Source: a virus
Lineage: Duplodnaviria; Caudoviricetes
Reading direction: 5' to 3' (one strand)
DNA: 64,000 nucleotides
IMG/VR virus record: IMGVR_UViG_2724679183_000002
Location: 76,933 to 140,932 of that record
A program made the position numbers and the translations under genes. Below, piece after piece: positions 29,099 to 39,564 of this stretch. Each line of letters opens with the position of its first letter. Positions within the stretch are counted from its first letter, which is position 1. Below the pieces are notes generated by a model. It saw only the letters and a list, made by a program, of their open reading frames with translations. It was not told the DNA's origin and did no database searches.

Positions 29099-30160
29099 AT
29101 GTCCGATCTACAAACCATTAGAGAAAGAATTTATAGAGAAGAAAAAATTCAAGAAGTATTAGAAGCACTTGGCTGTTGGGCAATTAACACTGAACAAGGA
29201 GGTAAATTGTTTGTTGCAGGACTTCCTAACGGTGATAACGAGCGGAGTGTACAGGTCAAAAACACCTCCTCTTTAACTTCAAATATCAGAAGTAAGGGGA
29301 TTACAGGATCAATCTTTGATGTTATATCTTACATACTTTATGAGGCTATAACTGAGGAAGAGAAAAAAGCATGCCTTTCCAAGAGCAAATTTTGGCTATG
29401 TAATGAACTTCAATACTTAGAGTACATAGATGAATTTTATAAATTAACTGCAGAAAAAGAAAAACCACAACCAAATAAATGGTTACATAAGCTTCAGAAA
29501 AAACGAAATAAAGAAGATCGACAAGCAGTTGAGAACACAATACTATCAGAAAGTGTTTTAGATCAATACGGGAATATTCCGTATAAAGGTTGGTATGATG
29601 ATGGACTGTCATTAAGCACACAAAAGCTTTTTGGTATAGGGATTGATGTAAGATCTGAGCGGGCTACTTTTCCAGTACATAATAGAGATGGTCAATTAAT
29701 TGGGGTTAAAGGGCGTTATATCGGAAAAGACGAAGTTATAAAAGATAAATATAAGTATATATACATACAACCGTGTAATAAGTCAATTGAGTTTTACAAT
29801 TTACATAGAGCTCTACCTCATATAAAAAGCTTAAACGAGGCAATAATTGTTGAAGGCGCTAAAACAACGTGGTTTTTGACCCAATGGGGATATAAAAATT
29901 GTATTTCCATAGAGGGAGACAGTATGTCTGATGAGCAAATAAGAATACTTAAAGAATTAGGGATTGGAATTAAATTTGTTTTTGCCTATGACAAAGACAA
30001 AGATCCCAAGTTCATTGTAAATGAAGTATCAAGGCTTACAGGCAGAATACGTTATGGAATTTATGATAAGGAAAATCTTTTATCTGATAAAGACTCACCG
30101 ACAGATAAAGGATACAAGGTTTGGGCTTCCTTATATGAAAATAAATATAAAGTAAACTGA
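29099..30160 (+). CDS. yorJ: DNA primase (TOPRIM)
   Basis: RATFP, KGR, IVEG, YDKD motifs. Confidence 0.88.
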   Translation: MSDLQTIRERIYREEKIQEVLEALGCWAINTEQGGKLFVAGLPNGDNERSVQVKNTSSLTSNIRSKGITGSIFDVISYILYEAITEEEKKACLSKSKFWLCNELQYLEYIDEFYKLTAEKEKPQPNKWLHKLQKKRNKEDRQAVENTILSESVLDQYGNIPYKGWYDDGLSLSTQKLFGIGIDVRSERATFPVHNRDGQLIGVKGRYIGKDEVIKDKYKYIYIQPCNKSIEFYNLHRALPHIKSLNEAIIVEGAKTTWFLTQWGYKNCISIEGDSMSDEQIRILKELGIGIKFVFAYDKDKDPKFIVNEVSRLTGRIRYGIYDKENLLSDKDSPTDKGYKVWASLYENKYKVN

Positions 30161-30171
30161 TTGGGGGAGAG

Positions 30172-31863
30172 TTGTTGATTTATAAACTTATAGGGGAGAA
30201 CGATTATAAATATCCTATTAATACAATAATTAAAAATAGAAATATTGATGATGACATATTCTTCAATTTAAATAAATCGGTTATAAATCACTATTCATTG
30301 TTAAATAACATGGATAAAGGAATTGATTGCTTATTAAGACACATTAAATCGAAGAACAATATTTTTATCCAGGTTGATTCAGATTGCGATGGCTACTTAT
30401 CAAGTGCAATTCTCATTAATTACTTAAATCAAGTATTTCCTGATCTCGAAGTAAAGTGGAGGCTTCATGATAAAAAAGATCATGGAGCTTCACTAGAAAC
30501 AATACCAGAAGACACACATTTATTAATTATTCCTGATGCCGGGAGTAATCAATACGAATTACATGAAGAGTTAAAAGAGCGGGGAATAGACACATTGGTA
30601 CTTGATCATCACGAATGTGAAAAGGAATCGAACTTTGCAATCGTTATTAACAACCAGCTTTCAAGCAATTACCAAAACAAAAGATTTTCTGGTGTAGGCA
30701 TTGTTTATAAATTCTGCAAAGCTTTAGATGACAAATTAGGGTTAGACGTTGCAGACGATTCCTTAGATTTAGTCGCTATTGGGAATATCGGCGATGTAAT
30801 GGATTTAAGAGAACCAGAAACACGCTATTATGTGAAGAAGGGGTTAAAACAAATAAAAAACCCACTAATTCAGGAAATCGTGGATAGGCAATCATTTTTC
30901 TTAGATGGAAATATTAATATACACTTTACGGGGTTCTCCATTGTCCCATTCATAAATGCAGCTATACGCTACGCAACAATGGAAGAAAAGACAGACATGA
31001 TGAAGGCTTTGTTGGGGAGTCAAGAAGTTGTTTATTATCCAAGAAAGAAGATATACGAACCTATTGTAAAGTCAGTTGCCAGAAGAATTGCTAATACGAA
31101 GAATAGGCAGAAAAAATCACTTGAAAAACCAGTTAAAGCTTTAATTGAACAGGTTTATGAAGAAAATAAAACAAATGATAAAGTTATAGTGTTAGATGTT
31201 ACTGGTGAATTAAATTCCTCTTTTACAGGACTTGTAGCTACCCAATTAGCAAAGAAGTTTAAGCGGCCTGTTATCTTAGGAAGGAAAACAAAGGAAGGGA
31301 AATTTGGAGGGTCTGCAAGGGGATATGAGAAATGTGGAGTCAAAGACTTTAAACAAGTATTAACTGACTCAGAACTATTTAACTTTTGTCAAGGACATGC
31401 GAATGCATTTGGATTTGAAATAGAACCTGAACGCTTCGGTGACCTAAGCACTCAACTAAACAGTTTGATAGACGCAGAGGTTTTATTAGAGGATGTTCAT
31501 GAAGTAGACTTTATTATTCCAGCCTCAGAGATGGATACTTCTATAATTAAATCTATACATAAACATAGAGATGATTGGGGATCGACTCTTGAGGAACCTT
31601 TAATAGCAATTGAAGGTATACAAATAAACAGATCAGATGTGAACGTGTATAAAAATAGAACGTCCACGTTTGTTATTAATGTTGGAGATTATAAACTTAC
31701 CAAACCGTATTACAAAGGTGATTTTGATGAATTGTTTGATAATGGAGATGAAACATTTTATTTGAACGTTGTAGGCAAATGTAAGGTTAATAAATATGAA
31801 AATAAATCAGCTCCTACAGTTGAGATTGTAGATATTGAGATAACAGACAGCTTTTTATTTTAA
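30172..31863 (+). CDS. yorK: RecJ-like DHH ssDNA exonuclease
   Basis: DSDCDG, DHH, GSARG, GHANAFG motifs. Confidence 0.93.
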   Translation: MLIYKLIGENDYKYPINTIIKNRNIDDDIFFNLNKSVINHYSLLNNMDKGIDCLLRHIKSKNNIFIQVDSDCDGYLSSAILINYLNQVFPDLEVKWRLHDKKDHGASLETIPEDTHLLIIPDAGSNQYELHEELKERGIDTLVLDHHECEKESNFAIVINNQLSSNYQNKRFSGVGIVYKFCKALDDKLGLDVADDSLDLVAIGNIGDVMDLREPETRYYVKKGLKQIKNPLIQEIVDRQSFFLDGNINIHFTGFSIVPFINAAIRYATMEEKTDMMKALLGSQEVVYYPRKKIYEPIVKSVARRIANTKNRQKKSLEKPVKALIEQVYEENKTNDKVIVLDVTGELNSSFTGLVATQLAKKFKRPVILGRKTKEGKFGGSARGYEKCGVKDFKQVLTDSELFNFCQGHANAFGFEIEPERFGDLSTQLNSLIDAEVLLEDVHEVDFIIPASEMDTSIIKSIHKHRDDWGSTLEEPLIAIEGIQINRSDVNVYKNRTSTFVINVGDYKLTKPYYKGDFDELFDNGDETFYLNVVGKCKVNKYENKSAPTVEIVDIEITDSFLF

Positions 31864-31880
31864 GGAAATGAGGTGATGCG

Positions 31881-33683
31881 GTGATTATAAAACCCAAGTT
31901 AGAAACAGAAGTCACAGAAAAATATGAGAAGCACTGGGTAGAGGATTTTGAGCAAATAGAGTGTTTATTTCTCAAGGATAGCCCCAAATTATGTGTGCTT
32001 GATTCGGAGACAACTGGATTACACATAATTAAGGATCGTCCGTTTATGTGGGTTTTTAGTTGGTTGCTACCCAGGGATAAAAGAACAGCGCAATTAAAGG
32101 GGCGGAGTTTTGCATTTAATTCTGATAAGGACATGTTATTAAAAGTAATTAATCTTACTAAGAGATGCATGATGACTGTAGGCCATAACGTAAAATATGA
32201 TCTACACATGCTAATTAACGGAGGAGTTAACGAAGAGATTGTGTATGGCTTGAGAAACATTGTCGATACTATGGGGCTATGCAGGTTAAGTTTCGATGCT
32301 GTTTCTGCAAGAGATGGTGGCGATGTATTAGGACTAAAAAAAGTTTCGGAGAAGTACATTGATCCAAGGGCAGCTGAATTTGAAAAAGAGGTAAAAAAAG
32401 AGCTTAGAAAAATAAATGATGAGAAACGAAACGTTTTAAAGGAATTGTTAAAGCCTTATAAGGGTTGGGGACTAGGAAAAATTAAGGAAGCATATAAAGT
32501 TAAGAAGCGTAATGAAATGGATTACTTTACTACAGAGAAAAAACAACGTTGGCTAAAGGTTCCTGAAGAGATTGAGAAGGTCTATTTTAAGTGGATGGAA
32601 GAGAATCCATTTGCTGATTATTCTGAGGTAGACAGAAATGTGATGATGGAATATGTGCACGGTGATGGTATATATACCTTAGAGTTAGTTGAGCTTACTT
32701 ACCCGACAGTTCTGAAAAGAAAACAAAAGTCAATTCTTGAACAAGAGAATAAACTGATTATTGAATTATTGAAGATGGAACGTGTGGGTTTGAAGGTAGA
32801 TATGAAATATTTAAATATTTGTTTTCAAAAGTGTGAAGATGAGATACAGAAACTTTATGAAGAATTATGGAGCATTGTTGGAGACCATTTCACTGTTTCT
32901 CAAGGTACGGTCATTGCTGATTATTTTGAAAGAAAATTGGGCGAACGCCCAGAAACCACAGATAAATCATTTCTAAAGAAACATAAAGATGACCGTGTTT
33001 CACAATTGATTACCAGACTTAGACGACTTGAAAAGTGGCAGTCCACCTATATCTCTAGAATTATTGAAGTTGCCCAGTACGATGACCATTTTTATACTCA
33101 GTATGGGCAGTTTAACACGGTATCTGGAAGGCTTGGCTCTGATGCACAACAATTCCCAAAGGAAAGAATCCTAACTGAAGAAGGAGAACTTTATGAGAAG
33201 AAATATGGAGAAGGGAAAGCACCTATAGAATACGAAATTTTCTCTCCAAGACGTGCTTTTATAGTGGAGGGAGGAAATTATAATAAGATTGCTTATTTTG
33301 ACTTATCCCAAATTGAATTGAGGGCACAGGCAAATTACACGGTGCTTTTAAAGAGACCTGATTTAAATTTATGCCGAGCGTATATGCCGTTTAAATGCAC
33401 CCATTACATAACTGGAGAAGAGTATCAATTTGATACCAAAGAAGAAAGGGCAAGGTGGTCAGAAAAGCAAGACAACGGAAACTCTGTGTGGTTATTGGAG
33501 AATGGAGAAAGTTGGACACCTACAGACGTACACAGTGAAACTTCGCATAATACATTAATTGCTTTAGCATTTAAATGCGTTGAGAAGTACAAGCAATACG
33601 AACATGATAAAGAGTCGCCAGTTGACGAAAAATCGTTCAAAAAGTTTTGGAGATACATAGGGAAGATGTTTAATTTCATGCGT
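31881..33683 (+). CDS. polA: family A DNA polymerase, exon 1 (3'-5' exonuclease plus motif A)
   Basis: DSETTG, HNVKYD, TVSGRL, DLSQIELR; ends at ...GKMFNFMR. Confidence 0.92.
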
Positions 33684-34553
33684 TATCGAGTAGCGCATAT
33701 AAAACCACTCTAATTCATGGGAAGCCCTAACGTAAAGTCGAGGGTAATCATGAGCGAAGCCCATTTGGGAACGTGCAACGACTAGCCGAAAGGCGTACAC
33801 TGCAAGCGATCGGTAGTGGAAACGGGTGGATTGCTAAGGGAATACTTAAAAAGGAGAGATGCTATGGCGAGAGCAAACAGATGGACAATTAATGAGTCAA
33901 ATGAATTAATAAAGTTATGGGGTCAAAATGATGTAGAGAAAATTTCAGAGTTGATGGGTAGACATAGATTAACTATTCTACAAAAGGCAAGAGAGCTCGG
34001 ATTACGAAAAGCCAGGTCTAAAAAGTGGTCTGAAGGGGAATTAAGCTTTCTAAAAGAGAATTACGATTCTAAGCATTCATGTTCAAGAATAGCTACCAAA
34101 TTAAAAAGAACTGAACGATCTGTTTATACAATGGCTGAGAGATTAGGGCTAAAAGTTACTTGGGATTATAGAAGGATCGATAAAGATGGATACATTGAAA
34201 TAATACTTGGTAGCTCAAAGAAAACTAAAGAACATCGGATGGTTTATGAAAAAGAAACAGGAATAAAACAAAAACCTTCTGATCACATTCATCACTTAGA
34301 TGAAGATAAGAAAAATAATAAAATAGAAAATCTAATTTTATTGAACCCATCTAATCATAATCGACTCCATTTCTTAATAAATAAGAATGACTTAAAAGGG
34401 TTACGAGAATTTACCGAAGTCCTCCAAGAACATGATAAAAGAAAATATTTAAAATGGTTAGAATCCCTTAGCAATGTGATATAGTCTGACCTCATGGGAA
34501 ACCATGAGCTGCATAAGCGGTATCGAAGTAGCGACTCGATATGAACATAAGTG
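33684..34553 (+). ncRNA. group I intron in polA (870 nt)
   Basis: exon ends in U with P1 atgcgU/Gcgcat; intron ends in G; P7 GACTA/TAGTC; splicing restores motif B KMFNFMR|NYGG. Confidence 0.92.
33864..34484 (+). CDS. intron-encoded HNH homing endonuclease with two N-terminal Myb/HTH-like repeats
   Basis: EHRMV, HIHHLDEDKKNN..ENL...H...H; AAGGAG RBS; located in the P8 loop. Confidence 0.85.
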   Translation: MARANRWTINESNELIKLWGQNDVEKISELMGRHRLTILQKARELGLRKARSKKWSEGELSFLKENYDSKHSCSRIATKLKRTERSVYTMAERLGLKVTWDYRRIDKDGYIEIILGSSKKTKEHRMVYEKETGIKQKPSDHIHHLDEDKKNNKIENLILLNPSNHNRLHFLINKNDLKGLREFTEVLQEHDKRKYLKWLESLSNVI

Positions 34554-35042
34554 AACTATGGCGGCGGTGCCAAAAAAGCTTCAGAGGCTCTTGAAGTTTC
34601 TATGGAGATTGCTAATGCATTGGTATCGGGGTGGTCAAATACATTTCCTGAAGTATCTCATTATCAGAAACAGGTTGCTAGTAAAGTGCAAAGCAATAAC
34701 TACGCTACGAATATGTATGGAAGGGTTTATTTCCTCACAAATACCGATAAAGCATATAAGGTTGGAAATTATCTTGTTCAAGGTTCTTGTGCCGATATGT
34801 TAAAAGGCTATTTAATTAGGATTGGAGAATTCTTAAAGACAAATAACTGTAAGACGCAACCTTTAGCCAATATTCACGATGAGCTGCAGTTTTTAGTGCA
34901 TGACGGAGAAGAATGGATATTTCCTCATATTAAAAGGATTATGGAAGATGTGGAGTGGATGCAAGTGCCCGTTGTGGTTGATTTAGAGATAACAGAAACT
35001 ACGTGGGCTGATAAAAAAGAAATAGAAATACAAGCATCATAA
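34554..35042 (+). CDS. polA: family A DNA polymerase, exon 2 (spliced product 763 aa)
   Basis: NYGGG, NYLVQGSCAD, IHDEL motif C. Confidence 0.92.
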   Translation, partial: NYGGGAKKASEALEVSMEIANALVSGWSNTFPEVSHYQKQVASKVQSNNYATNMYGRVYFLTNTDKAYKVGNYLVQGSCADMLKGYLIRIGEFLKTNNCKTQPLANIHDELQFLVHDGEEWIFPHIKRIMEDVEWMQVPVVVDLEITETTWADKKEIEIQAS

Positions 35043-35055
35043 ATAATATTCGGAA

Positions 35056-35802
35056 GTGATGAAAATTTTCAAAAAACTTATAGACAAATATAAAAAATAT
35101 GTATATTATAATATTACAAATATAACCCTTGTTGCAAGTATTACTCTCTTATTAGCTGGGGCTGTTCTCAGTATTAAAAATTTTAATAGGGAGGACGAAG
35201 AAAGCGTTAAGGCTCCTGTAAAATGGTCATTTTATAAGAATCAAAAAGAAGCGATTGTTGAGAAATTCACACATGGACAGGAAAGAAAGTTTGAACTCCC
35301 TAGGCTGAAAAGCAACCTAGAAAAGCGTGAAGAGAGTCAAAAAAAGTTTATCTATGAAAAGATTGAGTATCCTAAGGTGCAAAAGTCAAAAAAGCCACAG
35401 AGATTAATTTATTCAAATACAAAAAATAAGCATTATAAAAAGGGGAGGAGAAGTACAGTACAAAAAGAAAAGGCTCAGGGTTACTCAAAATCCTTAAATG
35501 TTGTAGCAACTGCATATACTGCCTTTTGTTCAACTGGTTGTATTGGTAAAACTAAGACAGGCTATGACGTAACAAGTACCTCATCCTACAGAGGAAAAAG
35601 GATTATCGCTGTTGATCCAAATATTATACCTTTGTATTCATTGGTTGAAGTAAGGTACAAAGGCGGTAGCTTTCAAGCGTATGCTATTGATACTGGGGGC
35701 GATATAAAAAGTAACCGAATCGATATTCTAATGAACACAAAAAGTGAAGCAAAATTATTTGGCAGACAGCAAGTGAATATCAGAATACTTGAAAATAACT
35801 AG
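35056..35802 (+). CDS. yorM: YorM-like membrane-anchored 3D-domain protein
   Basis: TM helix; ATAY, IAVDP, DTGG.I...RID 3D motifs. Confidence 0.88.
   Translation: MMKIFKKLIDKYKKYVYYNITNITLVASITLLLAGAVLSIKNFNREDEESVKAPVKWSFYKNQKEAIVEKFTHGQERKFELPRLKSNLEKREESQKKFIYEKIEYPKVQKSKKPQRLIYSNTKNKHYKKGRRSTVQKEKAQGYSKSLNVVATAYTAFCSTGCIGKTKTGYDVTSTSSYRGKRIIAVDPNIIPLYSLVEVRYKGGSFQAYAIDTGGDIKSNRIDILMNTKSEAKLFGRQQVNIRILENN
35081..35109 (+). promoter_or_regulatory. SPBRE-like promoter inside the yorM coding sequence
   Basis: TAGACA-aatataaaaaatatgta-TATTAT. Confidence 0.55.
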
Positions 35803-35900
35803 AAAAAATGTGGTGAATACGACCAATTGACAAAATGCTATTAACATTTTGAAAACACGAACGATGCAATACATACATAGACAATTATTACATAGAGAGA

Positions 35901-36089
35901 GTGATTTGGATGATCATATTAGATCAGGAAGTCTTTGTGAAATCAACTGGTGAACCTGGTATTGTTGTAGCCATTTATCCTGAAACAAACAGTATCGAAC
36001 TTTGCTATTATGATGGTACATATGATGAGAGAAGAATGGACGATATTCTAGGAGGTGACCAGCTAGTGGCTTCCTATAATAAAAAATAA
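35901..36089 (+). CDS. small SH3-like hypothetical protein
   Basis: ORF, synteny. Confidence 0.55.
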   Translation: MIWMIILDQEVFVKSTGEPGIVVAIYPETNSIELCYYDGTYDERRMDDILGGDQLVASYNKK

Positions 36090-36097
36090 AATATAAG

Positions 36098-36307
36098 GTG
36101 ATTATGATGGAAAATAATATTAAGATTGAAGTGTCGTTTACTGATGAATTCGATCAGGCTTCAAGAATGCAAAAATCGTTTGATTCAGACACTTTAGATG
36201 AGCATTGTGATGGCTGTTTGGGACTGCTTTTAGATGAATTTAAGAAGTTTTTATATATTATGGGACATAACGAGAAAGAGATCAGTAGAATTCAACTGAA
36301 AGATTAA
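36098..36307 (+). CDS. hypothetical protein
   Basis: ORF with AAGGTG RBS. Confidence 0.6.
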   Translation: MIMMENNIKIEVSFTDEFDQASRMQKSFDSDTLDEHCDGCLGLLLDEFKKFLYIMGHNEKEISRIQLKD

Positions 36308-36335
36308 TTTTTTGCAAAGGAAAGGAGGTGATTGA

Positions 36336-36539
36336 TTGCCAAAGTTTTGGTCATATCCATTAGGTCTAAAAGTCATCATCAATGAGAATGCAAAGAAAGC
36401 TTGTCCTAGTCATGTTGGACGGGAAGGGAAAATTATTGAGTTGCTTCAGTCTGCTACATATGATTACGCGGTCAGTGATGAAACAGGTGATATCACATTC
36501 TTCAAGGAACATGAGTTAAATCCGGCTAAAGGAGGTTAA
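36336..36539 (+). CDS. yorP: YorP family protein
   Basis: MPKFWSYPLGLKVIINENAKKACP. Confidence 0.8.
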   Translation: MPKFWSYPLGLKVIINENAKKACPSHVGREGKIIELLQSATYDYAVSDETGDITFFKEHELNPAKGG

Positions 36540-36543
36540 TTGT

Positions 36544-36702
36544 ATGTTTAAAAAGGGAGAGAAGGTGACTGTTGGCTTCACAGAAGAGGTTGGAGTTGTT
36601 GCGCAAGTTGATAAGGGTTATGAGCAATTAGAAGTCGAGTATCCAGATGGCTCATTTAAAGTAATTGGCTTCAACAATGTAAGAAGGGTGGAAGATAAAT
36701 GA
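36544..36702 (+). CDS. YorQ-like 52 aa protein
   Basis: AGGAGG RBS, hand translation. Confidence 0.65.
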   Translation: MFKKGEKVTVGFTEEVGVVAQVDKGYEQLEVEYPDGSFKVIGFNNVRRVEDK

Positions 36703-37196
36703 CCAGGATTATTTTAGAAGGTGCTGACTGCTGCTACAAATCAACAGTGGCAGATAAACTCAGCAAAGAACTGGGTTATCCGGTAATAAAGGGATCCAGC
36801 TTTGAATTGGCCACGAGCGGAAATGAGAAGCTGTTCGATCACTTTAACAGGCTGGCTGATGAGGACAATATAATTATTGATCGATACATATATTCAAACT
36901 TGGTTTATGCGAGGAAATTCAAGGATTATTCAATCTTAACAGAAGATCAGCAAAGGGCGATCGAGAAGAAGATTAGACATAAAGCCAAGGTAATTTACTT
37001 ACATGCTGATCCAGAGGTAATTAAGCAGCGTTTACGTGAACGTGGTGACGAATACATAGAAGGAAAAGATATTGATACGATTTTAGAGTTATACAGAGAA
37101 GTAATTTGCAATGCTGGTTTGCATACTTATTCATGGGATACAGGACAATGGGATAGTGATGAGATTGCTCAGGGTATTGTTTATTTATTGGAGTAG
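36699..37196 (+). CDS. yorR: nucleotide monophosphate kinase-like protein
   Basis: EGADCCYKST P-loop, IIDR. Confidence 0.85.
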   Translation: MTRIILEGADCCYKSTVADKLSKELGYPVIKGSSFELATSGNEKLFDHFNRLADEDNIIIDRYIYSNLVYARKFKDYSILTEDQQRAIEKKIRHKAKVIYLHADPEVIKQRLRERGDEYIEGKDIDTILELYREVICNAGLHTYSWDTGQWDSDEIAQGIVYLLE

Positions 37197-37205
37197 GGGG
37201 ATTTA

Positions 37206-37724
37206 ATGATTAAAGTAATTGCAATTGACATGGATCAGGTTTTGGCAGACTTACTAAGTGATTGGGTATCTTACATAAACACACACGATGATCCTTTGCT
37301 GAATGAGGAAGACATATTGTGTTGGAATATTAAAAAATATGTAAATACCAAAAACAATGTTTATAGACATTTGGATTACGATCTATTTAGAAACCTTAAT
37401 GTCATAGAAGGTAGCCAAAGAGTTGTTAAAGAGCTTATGAAGAAGTATGAAGTGTATGTAGTCACAACAGCCACAAATCATCCTGAGTCTTTAAAAGCAA
37501 AGCTAGAATGGCTGGCAGAGCATTTTCCGTTTATCTCGCATAGTAATGTTGTACTATGTGGCAATAAAAACATAATTAAAGCAGACATAATGATTGATGA
37601 CGGAATACATAACTTAGAAACATTTGATGGGATAAAGATACTATTCGACGCACCCCATAACAGGAATGAAGACAGATTTATTCGTGTAAGAGATTGGGAA
37701 GAGATCGAACAAAAATTACTTTAA
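37206..37724 (+). CDS. yorS: 5'(3')-deoxyribonucleotidase (HAD)
   Basis: IAIDMDQVLAD, IDD motifs. Confidence 0.9.
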   Translation: MIKVIAIDMDQVLADLLSDWVSYINTHDDPLLNEEDILCWNIKKYVNTKNNVYRHLDYDLFRNLNVIEGSQRVVKELMKKYEVYVVTTATNHPESLKAKLEWLAEHFPFISHSNVVLCGNKNIIKADIMIDDGIHNLETFDGIKILFDAPHNRNEDRFIRVRDWEEIEQKLL

Positions 37725-37737
37725 AATATCTCTTTTA
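37722..37737. repeat. junction palindrome overlapping the yorS stop codon
   Basis: TAAAA tatctc TTTTA. Confidence 0.75.
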
Positions 37738-37763
37738 AAAGAATAAAATTAAATTAAATCGAG

Positions 37764-37991
37764 GTGGATTCGATGGGGAACTATCCAGAAAGCTTGAAAA
37801 AAGAAACAGAGAAAATAAAACAAGAAGTAAGAAGCGGAAAGTTTACCGAAGAAAAAATAAGAGAGATTGCTAAATCTGCAGTTGAATATTTGCGGTCTGA
37901 AGAAAAAAGTCACGTATATTGTGCAAAAGTTGCTGGAGCAATGGCTGATAACTTAAATGAATTCTTCAAACCTTATCTAAACGGGGAATAA
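37764..37991 (+). CDS. hypothetical protein
   Basis: ORF with GAGGTG RBS. Confidence 0.6.
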   Translation: MDSMGNYPESLKKETEKIKQEVRSGKFTEEKIREIAKSAVEYLRSEEKSHVYCAKVAGAMADNLNEFFKPYLNGE

Positions 37992-38028
37992 TACAACAGG
38001 ATAAAAAGAAAGGATAAAGGGATGTTTA

Positions 38029-38256
38029 TTGAAAAGGTACTATGTTAGATGTAAAGATCACAAAGGCGAAAACGCTTCTTTGGTAATTGAAGCAACGTCT
38101 GCAGAAGAGGCTAGACGAAAGGTATTAGATATACATAAAGTGAAAGTTGTCTATAACGTAAGCCTTGAAGAAGGTATGGCGGGAAATTATCTTCAGAGAA
38201 AACATTCACCGTACATAAAGAATGACAATGGTAAAGCTATATTCATATTCTCGTAG
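38029..38256 (+). CDS. YorX-like protein
   Basis: 75 aa, synteny. Confidence 0.6.
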   Translation: MKRYYVRCKDHKGENASLVIEATSAEEARRKVLDIHKVKVVYNVSLEEGMAGNYLQRKHSPYIKNDNGKAIFIFS

Positions 38257-38268
38257 GAGGTAGTAGCT

Positions 38269-38451
38269 ATCAAAGAAATCAGAAATGATTTGATCGGCAA
38301 TGACATTGATAATATTGAATCATTGCTAGACAGGTTATATGTCTATTTGGAGAACAATATCCGGTATGAGGATAAACGCGTATGGGACACAACAGAGAAG
38401 ACACTATTACAAGTATTTGTAGCCTTAAAAAATATTAAAGAAATGCAATAA
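38269..38451 (+). CDS. 60 aa YorY-like protein with ATC start
   Basis: AGGAGGT RBS 7 nt upstream, fills the gap. Confidence 0.55.
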   Translation: MKEIRNDLIGNDIDNIESLLDRLYVYLENNIRYEDKRVWDTTEKTLLQVFVALKNIKEMQ

Positions 38452-38457
38452 AAACAG

Positions 38458-38486
38458 TAGACAAAAATAAAAAATAAGTATAAAAT
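38458..38486 (+). promoter_or_regulatory. SPBRE-like promoter
   Basis: TAGACA-aaaataaaaaataagta-TAAAAT. Confidence 0.8.
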
Positions 38487-38518
38487 AAAATCAAATAAGA
38501 AGGGCGAGGAGAGGATAA

Positions 38519-38725
38519 ATGAATCGTGTATGTGATATCTGTAAGGAATACATAGAAGGCCAAATCATATGCCTCAGAGTAAGTGACTTGAAGACTTATG
38601 TAGACTTCAATTGTTGCAATGATTGCGCTCAAGAACAATCAAAACGTATTAAGAATGAATGCAGTGAAATGACCGTTTCAAAAACTTTGGAACACTTAAA
38701 TTTAAAAAGTGAAATAAGAGCATAA
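38519..38725 (+). CDS. YorZ-like Zn-binding protein
   Basis: CDIC/CNDC motifs. Confidence 0.65.
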   Translation: MNRVCDICKEYIEGQIICLRVSDLKTYVDFNCCNDCAQEQSKRIKNECSEMTVSKTLEHLNLKSEIRA

Positions 38726-38738
38726 AATATTCCTTTTA
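38723..38738. repeat. junction palindrome overlapping the stop codon
   Basis: TAAAA tattcc TTTTA tctag. Confidence 0.75.
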
Positions 38739-38838
38739 TCTAGAATTATTTTTCAAATGTAAAAAACGCCATAAAACTTCTATGGCGTCTGACCAAAAAT
38801 GGAGGTAATACTAACATGGCGTTTGATAAGGAGAGGTT

Positions 38839-38919
38839 TTAATAGCCACCAAAGAAAGATGTTCCAACGATGACTAGTAAGATAAACAGCACCACAATTA
38901 ATGCGAAGGAGCCGCCCAT
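38839..38919 (-). CDS. yosA: YjcZ/YosA-family small sporulation membrane peptide (26 aa)
   Basis: MGGSFALIVVLFILLVIVGTSFFGGY, GGAGGTG RBS. Confidence 0.85.
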   Translation of the reverse strand: MGGSFALIVVLFILLVIVGTSFFGGY

Positions 38920-39169
38920 ATACTCACCTCCCTTAAAAGAGGATAGTACATGATATGCTGAATGAGCAAATTCGAGAGGGATGCTAGTCTAGTTGATCTT
39001 AAAATGATTGTTTAGCCTTGGAAATAGTAACTTTTAATGGTTTTAGATTAGGGAGCCAGCCTGGAAGTATAGCTCCAATCAGAGCTAAATTATATATATC
39101 TGTTGATTATAATTTCCCGGGCAAGCGCAGTATACGACAAATCAAAACAAATAATGAGGAGAAATAAAT

Positions 39170-39373
39170 ATGAAAAACGAAAAATGGGTAGTTGAGGTCT
39201 ATGCAGGAGAGCAATACGTTGGAAAAATGTCTTTGCCGAATACAAAAGTGGAAGTTTTTGATCACAGGGAACAAGCAATTACTGAGGCACAGAAACTGAA
39301 GGCAAAAGGCAGCATAGGAATCTGGTGTAAAGTAGTGCCGCATATGGAGGAGCTTGATGCAACTAGCCATTAA
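39170..39373 (+). CDS. hypothetical protein
   Basis: GAGGAG RBS. Confidence 0.6.
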   Translation: MKNEKWVVEVYAGEQYVGKMSLPNTKVEVFDHREQAITEAQKLKAKGSIGIWCKVVPHMEELDATSH

Positions 39374-39533
39374 TATTCTTGAGCTTGTAGGACTTCTGTT
39401 AATTGGATTTGTATCAATAGATACATATGGATCGAAAAGGAGACTAAAACCTCAAATTGCTTTAGGGTTGCTGTTTGTGGCAGGAATACTATTCGTAAGT
39501 GGAGCAATCTTATTGATTCTCAACAATATCTAA
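39357..39533 (+). CDS. 58 aa two-TM protein
   Basis: GGAGG RBS, hand translation. Confidence 0.6.
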   Translation: MQLAINILELVGLLLIGFVSIDTYGSKRRLKPQIALGLLFVAGILFVSGAILLILNNI

Positions 39534-39534
39534 A

Positions 39535-39550
39535 TGAAATTCAATTTTTA
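39535..39550. repeat. junction palindrome
   Basis: tctaaa TGAAA ttcaat TTTTA. Confidence 0.75.
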
Positions 39551-39564
39551 TATGGAAACGAGGA

